Of a stretch of DNA of 64,000 nt, positions 34,260 to 44,311 are shown piece by piece; the stretch's first letter is position 1; every line of letters begins with the position of its first letter. The notes beneath the pieces were generated by a model, which was not told the origin of the DNA, searched no databases, and was given only the letters and a program-made list of their open reading frames with translations. The position numbers and the translations under genes were made by a program. Source of the stretch: an uncultured bacterium (lineage in GTDB: Bacteria; CSSED10-310; CAZUFC01); assembly GCA_964619725.1 (NCBI GenBank), contig CAZUFC010000010.1, forward strand, positions 38,277 to 102,276, given 5' to 3'.

Positions 34260-36407
34260 ATGGCGGAACCACAGAATCAGAATTCACAGAGAGATGAAGT
34301 CAAACTCATCGAGTTACTGAAAGACTCAGGTCTCATTTCCCCTAAACAACTGGAGAAGTCGCTCGAGGAGCAGCAGCGAACAGGGGACAGTTTATACGAC
34401 ATATTAAGGCGTGATGCGAGTCTTCAAAGTTTTAAGGATTTGTTATGGGGATTTTTCGGTATGGAGATACCGTTGCCGTTCGGCAAGGCCAAGCGGGACA
34501 AGCTGAAGGACGTTCTTTTAAAATCCGGGATAATAACGGATGAGGAGCTTCAGAAGTCGTTGTCGGAAGAGGAGAAGGAGACGCACGTAGGGGAGCTTTT
34601 GCGTGAGAAGGGTATATTGACGGAGGAGCAATTGGAGAAGGCGTTGAAAGAGCAGAAGCGTACGGGACACCCATTTTGGAGGGTATTGATCAACCTGGAC
34701 ATGATCAAGCCGACGAAGCTGGTAAATTTAATGCAGGATAGATTGACCCAGCCGACGGAATGCGCTCAGGACGAGCTGATAATGGAATTTTTATCGAACA
34801 CGGGTTTAATAAGCGAGGATCAGCGTAAGGAAGCGGAGCGTAAGTACAGGGAAAAGGGAGTTCCGATGATCAAGTATTTGATCGAGAAGAACTACATCAG
34901 TGCAGAGAAGGTAGGGGAGGCGACGGAGCAGCAATTACAGATACCTTTCATTCATATAAAGGGTTATGAGATTGATCCGAATGTAGTATATACGCTACCC
35001 GAGGACATAGCGAGGAGCGATAAGATATTGCCTGTTGCGAGAGACGGCAATACGTTGAAATTAGCCATGATCAATCCGCTGGATTCATCAGTCATCAACA
35101 GGGTGAAGCTGATGACGGGGCTGAACATACAGCCTCTGTTGGCGAAGGAATCCGATCTGGAAGATGTGATTGACGAATATTTCAAAAGGGCTGAAGCATT
35201 GATGAGGGAGCCGATAAGCAAGACGGCGGAGGACAAGGGTTTAAGCATGCTGAACATACCGGCGGTGCAATTGGCGAGTTCTTTAATAGAAGGAGCGATC
35301 AATTCGCGAGCGACGGACATCCATTTGGAGCCGCAGTTGCCTTCGATGAGGGTAAGATTCAGGATAGACGGGATGCTATATGATGTGATGTCGATACCCG
35401 AATCGATTCAGCAGTCGGTTTTTTCTCGAATAAAGATATTGGCGAACATGGACATAACGGAACGCCGAAGACCTCAAGACGGTCATATAACGATGAAGAT
35501 ACGGGGCAAGGAATTCAATATGCGCGTAGCGACGATCCCTACGCATCTCGGCGAGAAAATGGTTATGCGCGTTTTGGATGAGACTAACGTGTTGCGGGGA
35601 ATGAAGCAGTTGGGTTTGGAGGCGGAGGAAGAGGAAAAGCTGGCGCGTCTGATCAACAAGCCGTACGGCATATTACTGGTAACGGGCCCGATAGGTTCCG
35701 GAAAAACGACGACGCTGTATGCCGCTTTAAACGAAATAAATATTTTGCAGAACAACATCGTCACCATTGAAGACCCGATTGAATACCGTCTGGCCGGAAT
35801 TAACCAGGTTCAAGTGAACTATGGAATGGGATTAGGCTTTGCTGAATGTCTCCGGGCCGTATTGCGCCAGGATGCCGATACGCTTATGGTGGGTGAGATA
35901 CGTGACGATGAGACCGCAAAGGTAGCGACCTGGGCGGCTTTAACAGGGCAACTCGTTTTTGCGACTCTCCATACCAATGATGCGTCATCGGCTATTACAA
36001 TGATGGCCAATTTCAACGTGAGACGTTTTTTCCTGGCCAGCGCTCTGGTTGGCGTAGCGGCCCAAAGATTGGTCCGTCGAATATGTCCGAAGTGCAAAGA
36101 AACCTACAAGCCTTCTGAAGCCGTCATAAAAGAATTAGGAATAAGCGTCGATGAAGATTATGAATTTGCTCGAGGAGTCGGGTGCGATTATTGCAAATTC
36201 ACGGGTTATTATGGAAGAATGGGCGTATTCGAAATAATGGAGATGACGGAAACTATAAAGGACTTAATCCTGGAGGACGCTCCTGATCTTGAGTTGAAGA
36301 AGGCTGCAATCAAAGAAGGCATGAATACTCTGTGGATGAACGGAATAAGAAAAATCAAGGCTCACATAACGACGCCGGAAGAGGTCTTGCGGGAAGTCAA
36401 ACTTTAG
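34260..36407 (+). CDS. pilB: PilB/GspE-family assembly ATPase with expanded N-terminal MshEN-like repeats
   Basis: ATDIHLEP; RFRIDG; ERRRPQDG; GPIGSGKTTTLY; TIEDPIEY; LRQDAD..MVGEIRD; TLHTND; CPKC...CDYC; several L...G.I...QL..AL..Q repeats. Confidence 0.9.
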   Translation: MAEPQNQNSQRDEVKLIELLKDSGLISPKQLEKSLEEQQRTGDSLYDILRRDASLQSFKDLLWGFFGMEIPLPFGKAKRDKLKDVLLKSGIITDEELQKSLSEEEKETHVGELLREKGILTEEQLEKALKEQKRTGHPFWRVLINLDMIKPTKLVNLMQDRLTQPTECAQDELIMEFLSNTGLISEDQRKEAERKYREKGVPMIKYLIEKNYISAEKVGEATEQQLQIPFIHIKGYEIDPNVVYTLPEDIARSDKILPVARDGNTLKLAMINPLDSSVINRVKLMTGLNIQPLLAKESDLEDVIDEYFKRAEALMREPISKTAEDKGLSMLNIPAVQLASSLIEGAINSRATDIHLEPQLPSMRVRFRIDGMLYDVMSIPESIQQSVFSRIKILANMDITERRRPQDGHITMKIRGKEFNMRVATIPTHLGEKMVMRVLDETNVLRGMKQLGLEAEEEEKLARLINKPYGILLVTGPIGSGKTTTLYAALNEINILQNNIVTIEDPIEYRLAGINQVQVNYGMGLGFAECLRAVLRQDADTLMVGEIRDDETAKVATWAALTGQLVFATLHTNDASSAITMMANFNVRRFFLASALVGVAAQRLVRRICPKCKETYKPSEAVIKELGISVDEDYEFARGVGCDYCKFTGYYGRMGVFEIMEMTETIKDLILEDAPDLELKKAAIKEGMNTLWMNGIRKIKAHITTPEEVLREVKL

Positions 36408-36489
36408 TCATCCGTACATAGTTCTTTTCAGTATTAAAGCCTTACCTGTATGAACCAACTGTCGCATAACTTTAAATGGAGGCGTATTT

Positions 36490-37725
36490 ATGGCCGAAGA
36501 AAATCAAAAAGAACCCGCTGGTCCTGATAAAGAGGGACAATTGCCGCAGCAGGACTTAAGAGACGATATTCGATCAAAACTCATGTCGGAATTGGGGAAA
36601 GCCCGTCAATTTCCTGAAACTAAGCAAAAGTTGTCGATCTGGGAGAGAATAAAGCAAATGTTGACGGGCCGGGTATCGCTGAAAGATGTGGCGAGTTTCA
36701 GCCGGCAATTATCCATGCTGATTGATGTAGGCATTCCGCTGATAAGAGCGCTGAATATTCTCGCGAAGAGGACGCCGAAACAATCGATGAGGAGAGTCAT
36801 CGCTCAGATCGGAGAAACTGTTGAAAGCGGAGCTCCGTTATCTGAGGGTTTGGCGAAATTTCCTTATCATTTTTCCCGTTATTACATCAGTTCGATAAAA
36901 GCGGGCGAAACCACCGGCACACTGGGAACAGCGCTACGATTATTGGCTGATTATCAGGAAGATGAGAAAGAGATGAAAAGGAAATTTCAGTCAGCCATGG
37001 TTTTGCCTGTAGCGACTATCATAGCGGCCATTGCGGTTTTAGGGATTTTAATGGTTCGGGTTGTCCCCGAATTTCAAAAAGTGTATGCGAACTCGGAAGT
37101 TGAACTGCCCGGAGTGACTCAATTCTTGATAAACATTACGAATTTCATCGTTAATTATTACTTCATCCTGATCCCCCTTCTGGTCATCCTGATAATTCTC
37201 TTTTTACTCTTTCGACTCACTCCAGTGTATGCTGACTTTTCGGACAGACTGAAATTAAAAATACCCGTTTTGAGCTATATTCACAGAAGCGGTATCGCTT
37301 ATCGTTTTTCACGATTAATGTCGATGATGCTTAAATCAGGAGTTCCTATCCATGAAGCGTTCAGGATCATGGAAGATGGCGTGGGAAACGCTGTAGTTTC
37401 TGATGCCCTGAGAAACGCCAACAGATTCATCAGCGAAGGAAACACCATCGAATATTCGCTGAGAAAAAACAAAGTATTCTCAGAATTCATCATTGACATC
37501 ATCGGCGTAGGCGAAGAAACAGGAGCGGTGGACGAAGTTTTGAATAAAATGGCATCGAATCTCGAAGATGATCTTAAAGCGCTTTATGACAATTTGGCCG
37601 TCCTGCTGGAACCGATAATGCTGCTTCTTGTCGGCGGCCTGGTCCTTATCCTAGCGTTAGCTCTATTCCTGCCCTATTACGCCATTGGTCCCGCCCTGCT
37701 CAATCCGGGATACAGGAGGTTCTAG
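36490..37725 (+). CDS. pilC: PilC/GspF-family inner membrane platform protein
   Basis: FSRQLS.LI..GIPL..AL; AGE.TG.L; LP.VT; VGEETG; LLEP. Confidence 0.9.
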   Translation: MAEENQKEPAGPDKEGQLPQQDLRDDIRSKLMSELGKARQFPETKQKLSIWERIKQMLTGRVSLKDVASFSRQLSMLIDVGIPLIRALNILAKRTPKQSMRRVIAQIGETVESGAPLSEGLAKFPYHFSRYYISSIKAGETTGTLGTALRLLADYQEDEKEMKRKFQSAMVLPVATIIAAIAVLGILMVRVVPEFQKVYANSEVELPGVTQFLINITNFIVNYYFILIPLLVILIILFLLFRLTPVYADFSDRLKLKIPVLSYIHRSGIAYRFSRLMSMMLKSGVPIHEAFRIMEDGVGNAVVSDALRNANRFISEGNTIEYSLRKNKVFSEFIIDIIGVGEETGAVDEVLNKMASNLEDDLKALYDNLAVLLEPIMLLLVGGLVLILALALFLPYYAIGPALLNPGYRRF

Positions 37726-38055
37726 CTTCAGGATACCGGCTGCCGGGCGCCGAATACGGGAAACCGCATCGCTTAAAAGGCAGCCTCATACCAAACCCAG
37801 ATTCGCCGAACAAGCGATTATCGTTTTTGAACGGTCATGCCGGTCGTCTCATTCCCCTTGTTCGCGTATTTACTTCGTAATTATTTATTCCGTTTGCGAC
37901 AGCGATACCGGCGCCGACCACGATACCTGAACTGACGGCTGTCAATGAAAAAACAGCGGCAAGTTCTTCCGGCAGATATTTGTGGGACAGAATTAGTTTT
38001 TAATGAGGATTTCGATCAGTCAAATAATCTGCGAAAAAGTGTAACCTCATTTTGA

Positions 38056-39237
38056 TCAGCCCCGAAAACGGTTTAAAAGTGCAGGCGCAAACAGACACAG
38101 TGCAGCGCCGCCCACAGCCGCCAACCAGAACTCAAAGAGACTGAAAATCGTTATATGATGCTTTTTGTGGATGCTGAGGGGGACCGAGCGTATATTTTCG
38201 GGCTTAAAGATATGGATTCTGGCCAGCCTGTAAGGCCGCCAGGCCAGGTTTTGAGCCGTCACTCCAGGCAAATAATACTTTACGGCGATGTTGAACTCTT
38301 TATACGCCGCATTGTATTGCTCCTGCATTTTTCCGAAATCGGGAACCGCAACTCCTTTTAAAAGCAGAAGCAGTAATCGGCTCAATTCAATTTTGAATGC
38401 ATGGTCATAGTGAAAATTGACCATGTGATAATGAGCGGCAGCTTCATCAAGATACGCTTGGCGCAATTCCGCCGGTAATGCTTTCACTCCCTCGGCTCTG
38501 GCCTTTTCCAATTGTTCTCTTGTCAGGGAACTTTTAAAAGCCCCCCATTCCGGGTCCTCAATGGTGAAACCGTATTCATGCGCAGCGGTCATAAACAAAG
38601 CGACCGCAATAAAGACGAAAGCGAGAAGAAAAGACAATCTTTTAAGGTCGGTTTTTCTGATTTTTTCATATAAACCTGCGGGCTTAACGGAGAACGCGAT
38701 TATCATCTGTGAAAGAACACCGGCGGTACCGTTGATTACAATATCCCTGTATTCGCCGACTCTGTTAGGCAACGCCCATTGAATGGTTTCATCCCCCATA
38801 CCGGCCAGAAAAACGGCTATGGCCGTATAAAAATAAACGATAATACCATCTTCCCAGCAACGGAATGTTCTATAAAACAGAAAACCGAGAATCCCATATT
38901 GAATATAGTGAACTCTTTCGATCGCAACGTCCAGGATCATGAATGCGTAGGCATAGATTCCGGCCAGAATGACGGCGGCGATGACAGAGGAGATGCCTTT
39001 GAATTTGATGCGGCGGATCAAATAATAGAGCAACCCGGCGAGAAAAACGAGCGCGATAAAAATGACGGAATTGTAAATAGAATCCCCGAAAACCGATGTA
39101 AGAATAGTGCGGATATGCGGCATTATGCCCAGCGTCGCATAAATGAAAAGGATATAAATGAAAGTTAAGCTGCTCCACAGAATCTTTTTTTTCCTGCTGT
39201 CCTCCTCAACGACCGGCATAATGCCTCCTGTCAGCAA
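38056..39237 (-). CDS. VanZ-like membrane protein with C-terminal extension
   Basis: ERVHY.QYG.LG; DE.IQW.LPNR.G..RD...N. Confidence 0.7.
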   Translation of the reverse strand: MLTGGIMPVVEEDSRKKKILWSSLTFIYILFIYATLGIMPHIRTILTSVFGDSIYNSVIFIALVFLAGLLYYLIRRIKFKGISSVIAAVILAGIYAYAFMILDVAIERVHYIQYGILGFLFYRTFRCWEDGIIVYFYTAIAVFLAGMGDETIQWALPNRVGEYRDIVINGTAGVLSQMIIAFSVKPAGLYEKIRKTDLKRLSFLLAFVFIAVALFMTAAHEYGFTIEDPEWGAFKSSLTREQLEKARAEGVKALPAELRQAYLDEAAAHYHMVNFHYDHAFKIELSRLLLLLLKGVAVPDFGKMQEQYNAAYKEFNIAVKYYLPGVTAQNLAWRPYRLARIHIFKPENIRSVPLSIHKKHHITIFSLFEFWLAAVGGAALCLFAPALLNRFRG

Positions 39238-39305
39238 AATGAACGTTTTTTAATAAAAAAACAGGGGAATAGGCCATGTTTTTCCGAATGCGGTCCGATA
39301 TCTTT

Positions 39306-40613
39306 TCATATTTTATTTCTGAATTTATCCCGTCCTTCCGGTGAAGCAGAAGTAGCGTTTTTTCTTATGACGAGTTCCCATTTACCCGTCACGAAACTTT
39401 GGGGATCAATATCCCGGTTCACGACGATCCCCGGTCCGACAAATGAGTCGGCTCCTATCCGCACAGCGGGCATAAAATTAGCGTTAATCCCAGTGCGGAC
39501 ATTGTTTCCGGTCATCAAACCCAATTTATTCCTTCCCGTACCGATCTTTTTCCCGTTGATTTTAACTTTAATTTCCTGTTCGTCCAGGCGCAGATTTGCG
39601 GTAACCGTTCCGGAACCGAAAGAAACGTTATTGCCGACTATGCTGTCGCCGATGTAATTCGTATGAGTCCACACGCCTTTTCCCAGAAAACTTCTGGCGA
39701 TTTCTGTTCCGAAACCCACAATAGAGTCCTCACCGACATGAGATTCCCTTACCAGGGCATTATTCGCCACCACAGCATTCTTCCCGATATATGCCGGTCC
39801 CCTTACAACGGCTCCTTCGAAAATCCTGACGCCGTCTTCAATAATAACCTCCCCTTTTATTACAGCCTGGGGAGATATCTCCGCCTTTTCAGAAATGCCG
39901 GATTCTTGATTCTGAAAGAAATATTCCATTATATCCAATACATGCCAGGGATATTTGAACGGATGCCACTGTCCCTGATATTCGACAACCTGGTATTTCA
40001 TCCCTGCTTTGAACATCCCGGACAGTCCCAATTCATATTTGTCGTCACGGTCGCCCGTTACACCCCTCAATCGTTTCTGTAATAATTCGGAACTCCTGTG
40101 ATAATGAACCACCAGGTTCACAAGATCGCTCGGCTCCCGACCGGCTCCAGGCTTCTCTATTATTTCCTGTATTATCCCGCCAGAGTCGATTTTTAAATAT
40201 CCGCCGGGAAAATATTCTTCAGTCACTCTCGCCAGAATCGCACCGTCCAGTCCCTTATTCTGTGAAATTTTCAGCAAATCGGAATAGCCCCTCTTTTCGA
40301 TTAGATCGTTCGTGCTTACTATTAACAAAGGAGTATCCTGCATCCTGGGGAGACTCAACACAGCCCCGGCCATGCCCGGATGCTCGGAATCCTGAACATG
40401 AAAACTCCCCTCAATCCCGAGCTTTTTAGCCAAAGAACGAACGTTAGACTGGTTCGAGTCATTCACGATAAAAATGAAATCCTCCGCTCCTGAAGAAAGC
40501 AGTCCCTCCAGTATGTATTGAATAAGGGGTTTACCGAAAAACGAAACGAATATTTTGTCTTCAATGGGAGCAGCGCGTAAACTCTTTCCTCCTGCCAAAA
40601 TTACGGTTTTCAT
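39306..40613 (-). CDS. Bifunctional sugar-1-phosphate nucleotidyltransferase/acetyltransferase, archaeal-GlmU-like
   Basis: VILAGGKS.R; IIEKP; YPWH.L; hexapeptide repeats; Y.GDSIVG; TANLRLD; TGRNKLG...G. Confidence 0.8.
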   Translation of the reverse strand: MKTVILAGGKSLRAAPIEDKIFVSFFGKPLIQYILEGLLSSGAEDFIFIVNDSNQSNVRSLAKKLGIEGSFHVQDSEHPGMAGAVLSLPRMQDTPLLIVSTNDLIEKRGYSDLLKISQNKGLDGAILARVTEEYFPGGYLKIDSGGIIQEIIEKPGAGREPSDLVNLVVHYHRSSELLQKRLRGVTGDRDDKYELGLSGMFKAGMKYQVVEYQGQWHPFKYPWHVLDIMEYFFQNQESGISEKAEISPQAVIKGEVIIEDGVRIFEGAVVRGPAYIGKNAVVANNALVRESHVGEDSIVGFGTEIARSFLGKGVWTHTNYIGDSIVGNNVSFGSGTVTANLRLDEQEIKVKINGKKIGTGRNKLGLMTGNNVRTGINANFMPAVRIGADSFVGPGIVVNRDIDPQSFVTGKWELVIRKNATSASPEGRDKFRNKI

Positions 40614-40778
40614 TTGTTCACTCCTTCAAAATCATATTCAAATTGTCCGTATGCATTAAGTTTCATGCGTGAACGACATTCGGCCCTTAAAGATTCTCAT
40701 TTTTTTTCTTTAATTGTCAATCATCAATGTTTTAAAAATATAAATCGTCTCCCCGTAAAATCAGACCTGAAAAATAAT

Positions 40779-40805
40779 TAAAGTTTTCCGAAAATGGGAC
40801 GAAGA
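40779..40805 (+). promoter_or_regulatory. Sigma-28 (FliA)-like promoter
   Basis: TAAAGTTT-N11-GACGAAGA versus consensus TAAAGTTT-N11-GCCGATAA, upstream of a flagellar-rod-like gene. Confidence 0.5.
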
Positions 40806-40850
40806 AAGAAATGGAGGAACATATGACCACCCTGGAAAGGCGGAAAAAAC

Positions 40851-41198
40851 ATGATAGGCGCACTGCATATAGCTCGTTCGGCCTTACATGCATTTAAAAC
40901 GATGCTGGGGACTTCAGCCCACAATCTGGCCAATTCCGAGACGAAGGGGTTCAAGTCTCAGAGAGCGGAATTTTCTGAAACGGAATCAGGCGGAGTGAAG
41001 GTAACGATCACGCAGGACGAAAGCCCTGGGATACCGCTGGGCGAGGATGAAGAAGGCAATACGATAGAATCGTCCAATACGGATTTAATTACAGAGACGA
41101 CGAATTTGACCGTAGCTCAAAGGGGATATGAAGCGAACGTCCAGGTACTGAAAACAGCGCAGGAAATGGATGAGCATACATTAGACATTATCGGCTGA
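40851..41198 (+). CDS. Small flagellar basal-body rod/hook-like protein (N- and C-terminal D0 motifs only)
   Basis: AHNLANSET.GFK and SNTDL..E..NL..AQRGYEAN..V..TA.EM....LDI. Confidence 0.8.
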   Translation: MIGALHIARSALHAFKTMLGTSAHNLANSETKGFKSQRAEFSETESGGVKVTITQDESPGIPLGEDEEGNTIESSNTDLITETTNLTVAQRGYEANVQVLKTAQEMDEHTLDIIG

Positions 41199-41252
41199 AA
41201 CTGTCTTGCCGGATGAATGTGTTGAATCAGGCGTTTTGCACCGGGAGCAGAA

Positions 41253-43025
41253 TCAGGAAGCGGTGAATCTTTCTTCCAGCCCCTTGATCATTTTATCGAC
41301 TTGAGCGCCGGTATTGGAAAGGTCCTGGAAAGATATGTTAAAGCGTTCGAGGAGGTCTTCATCCAGATTCTCTGAGAAATCAGGCTCTTCGGCCAGGTGA
41401 GTCATCTGATTAGCTATGTAGACGTAAGCTGTGAGGGAATCAGTGATGATTTCCGGCTTATGATGATAACGAACTGCGTTGCACAGAGAATGGGGCAGCT
41501 TCCAGTTTTCCAGGAGCCAGGCGCCTATTTCGTCGTGAGTCATACCGAAGATCAAGGTTTCGGTAATGACCGAGGAGCGGCCCTGGGAATTCAGTTCCTG
41601 AACTCTCTGGAATTTTTCGACGAAATTCTTATTCAGCAATATCTTGCCGACATCGTGCAAAAGGCCGGCGGTAAAAGCTTCGCTTTCAGGGACGTCCTGT
41701 TTCAAGTCGGCGAGGTTCTGTGCGAAGCAGGCGCATCGCAGGCAGTGTTTCCATAGAGGATACTGATTGACTGAGCGCAACATATTGACGATTTCCGCGG
41801 TCATCATAATGTCTTTAAGCTTAACGGCGCCGACGAAGGGCAGGGCTTCCTGCAGCGATGTGACGTCGCGTCCAAGCCCATAATCTGCTGAATTGACCAA
41901 ACGCAGAATAGTGGTCGTAATACCGACGTCAGCGCTGAGCAATTCCTCGACTCTTTTCCATTCGAATGATTCCTGTTCCAGGATATTCAGAACGGATTGT
42001 ATAATAGGCGAAATAGAGGGCAAGTTGTTCGTGTCTTCAATAACTTTCCTGACTTCAGCGACTGAGCGCAGGCACATCAGGGCTTCAACGACATCGGGAT
42101 CGAATTGAGTATTTTTACAGCGGTTCAATTCTTCAGCCGCCTTTTGATGCGAAAAAGCCTGCCGGTATGGACGATGACTGGTTAAAGCGTCATAAGCATC
42201 CGCCACCGATATGATCCTGACCAGCAACGGTATCTGATCGCCCTTCAGTCCGTCAGGATACCCCGACCCGTCAAGCCGTTCATGATGATTCCGAATAAGA
42301 GGAAGGATCGCCTCCAATCCCGGTAGTCCGACGAGCATCATGTAACCGCGCCTGGGGTGAAGCTTGATCAATTCCCATTCGTCTTCCTCCAGGTATCCGG
42401 GTTTTTGAAGGACCGCATCAGGTATACCGAATTTACCTATATCATGAAGACTGCCTCCCAGCTCCAGTATTCGCAACTGCTCTTCATCCAGATTCATCTG
42501 ATGACCGATAATCAAGGCATATTCCGTAACGCGATGCGAATGACCTCGCGTGTAAGGGTCCTTCGCTTCCAGAGCGCTTGTAATCGTGCGGAAAAGTCCC
42601 TTGAACATTCGATCGAAATCCCTGGCCTTCTTTAAATTATGATAATGACTCAAAGCTTCCTGCACAGCGCTTTCCAGATTGCCGTTTTCCGCAGGCCTGC
42701 TGATGATCCGGAACAGCCCTACGTTATTCACGGCTTTCAAAAGTTCATCAGAGGATATTTGATCGCTTACGACTATTCTTACTGTTTCAGGCGAAATTTC
42801 TGCTGAACGACTTAACAACTGAAGACCGCTCATATCATTTAAATATGAATCGGCAATGACTACGGAGCATCGCTTCTTCTGAATTATTCCTAATGCGTCT
42901 TCCCCCCTGGGCGCCTTTAATATTTCTACTTGTTTTTTATTCGCACCGTTCAGGTTTTCAGAAATTTTTTCCTTCAACCCAACAGTCAACACTACAGATG
43001 TTTCCTCCATGACAAGTTTCTCCAT
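41253..43025 (-). CDS. REC / HD-GYP / HDOD fusion, likely c-di-GMP phosphodiesterase
   Basis: EAKDPYTRGHSHRV; LHDIGK; HHERLDGSGYPDGL; then LPS...D......LRLVNSA...LLHDVGK...H..IGA.L...W.LP. Confidence 0.9.
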   Translation of the reverse strand: MEKLVMEETSVVLTVGLKEKISENLNGANKKQVEILKAPRGEDALGIIQKKRCSVVIADSYLNDMSGLQLLSRSAEISPETVRIVVSDQISSDELLKAVNNVGLFRIISRPAENGNLESAVQEALSHYHNLKKARDFDRMFKGLFRTITSALEAKDPYTRGHSHRVTEYALIIGHQMNLDEEQLRILELGGSLHDIGKFGIPDAVLQKPGYLEEDEWELIKLHPRRGYMMLVGLPGLEAILPLIRNHHERLDGSGYPDGLKGDQIPLLVRIISVADAYDALTSHRPYRQAFSHQKAAEELNRCKNTQFDPDVVEALMCLRSVAEVRKVIEDTNNLPSISPIIQSVLNILEQESFEWKRVEELLSADVGITTTILRLVNSADYGLGRDVTSLQEALPFVGAVKLKDIMMTAEIVNMLRSVNQYPLWKHCLRCACFAQNLADLKQDVPESEAFTAGLLHDVGKILLNKNFVEKFQRVQELNSQGRSSVITETLIFGMTHDEIGAWLLENWKLPHSLCNAVRYHHKPEIITDSLTAYVYIANQMTHLAEEPDFSENLDEDLLERFNISFQDLSNTGAQVDKMIKGLEERFTAS

Positions 43026-43049
43026 TCATTATTAAATTGTTGAAAAAAT

Positions 43050-44051
43050 TTACCGATTGATGCGTTCGAAACCGTCGGGATTATTTTTGTGCCATTTCCA
43101 CGCCGTTTCGACAATAACTTCGAGATCGTCGTATTGAGGGGCCCAACCCAATTCAGTTTTTATACGTTTAGAGGAAGCGATCAAAGCGCTGGGATCGCCC
43201 GGTCTTCTGGCTGCGGGTCGGTAAGGTATATCTATACCCGTCACTCGACTCGCCGTCTCAATTACCTCTTTAACCGTGAATCCCCGTTCGCTTCCTAAAT
43301 TGTACGCCTCGCTTCTGCAACCCTTCAGAAGCGCGTCCAACGCCTTTACATGGGCCTGAGCCAGGTCGAGCACATGGACGTAATCCCGGACGCATGTTCC
43401 GTCTCTCGTCGGATAATCCGTTCCATATATCTCGACGAATTCTCGTTTTCCCAAAGCCGCCTGCAACACCAGAGGAATCAGATGAGTTTCAGGATCATGG
43501 TCTTCGCCTATTCGGCCTTCCAGCTCTGCGCCCGAGGCATTGAAATATCGGAGGGAGATATATCTAAGTTTATACGCTGAATCGTAATACTTAAGTATTT
43601 TCTCCAGCATAAGCTTCGACTCCCCATACATATTGACCGGATTCTTCGGATGCTCTTCCGTGATAGGAACTTCTTCCGGTTCGCCATATACGGCTGCGGT
43701 CGAAGAAAATACAAATTTCTCCACCCCTTCATCCATCAAACAGTTCAGAAACTGAAACGTTTTAACCGTGTTATCGTTCATATATTTTCTGGGATTCTCC
43801 ACCGATTCCGAAACCAGTGTTTTTGCCGCGAAATGCATGACAGCATTAATCTCCCTCTCGCGAACGACCGATTTCAAAAGTTCGCCATCCGATATGTCGC
43901 CTACGGTTATAATATCAGAGGGTACGGAATCCCTGTGGCCCTGCGACAGATCATCCAATACATGAACCTTATAGCCTTTCCTGATGAGTTCGAGGACCAC
44001 GTGACTTCCAATATATCCAGCACCTCCGGAAACTAAAACAGACGCAGACAT
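43050..44051 (-). CDS. galE: UDP-glucose 4-epimerase
   Basis: GGAGYIGSH; HFAA...V.ES; FSSTAAVYG; YGESK; LRYFNA; ETHLIP; DGTCVRDY.HV; start after AGGAGG. Confidence 0.95.
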   Translation of the reverse strand: MSASVLVSGGAGYIGSHVVLELIRKGYKVHVLDDLSQGHRDSVPSDIITVGDISDGELLKSVVREREINAVMHFAAKTLVSESVENPRKYMNDNTVKTFQFLNCLMDEGVEKFVFSSTAAVYGEPEEVPITEEHPKNPVNMYGESKLMLEKILKYYDSAYKLRYISLRYFNASGAELEGRIGEDHDPETHLIPLVLQAALGKREFVEIYGTDYPTRDGTCVRDYVHVLDLAQAHVKALDALLKGCRSEAYNLGSERGFTVKEVIETASRVTGIDIPYRPAARRPGDPSALIASSKRIKTELGWAPQYDDLEVIVETAWKWHKNNPDGFERINR

Positions 44052-44164
44052 CCCTTCCTCCTGATCAATTATTCGGAAATAAGCATACAAGTTACCCTAC
44101 TCATCCACCACGACTTCATTTTAATCAAATTTGTTCCCAACGTCAAATTATTTCTCATACTAAT

Positions 44165-44311
44165 TAGTTTTTGTCCATAAACGGCGAATTTTTCCCAATT
44201 CTGCGTCTGTCTTCGGATTTGCTCAGCCAAAGTATAAGCGCCGCCCCTGCCTCGCAAATCATTACCATCCTTGTCTTAAGAAAAATTCGCTCGTTTATGG
44301 ATCAAAAACCG
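44165..44311. mobile_element. ~147-bp MITE-like element with ~30-bp imperfect terminal inverted repeats
   Basis: TAGTTTTTGTCCATAAACGGCGAATTTTTC ... GAAAAATTCGCTCGTTTATGGATCAAAAACCG; partial copy at 14083. Confidence 0.75.

Noticed and set aside
40851-41198. Flagellar operon or flgC/flgG assignment
   Set aside because: Single short gene without flagellar neighbours or the central rod domain, so no symbol was assigned.
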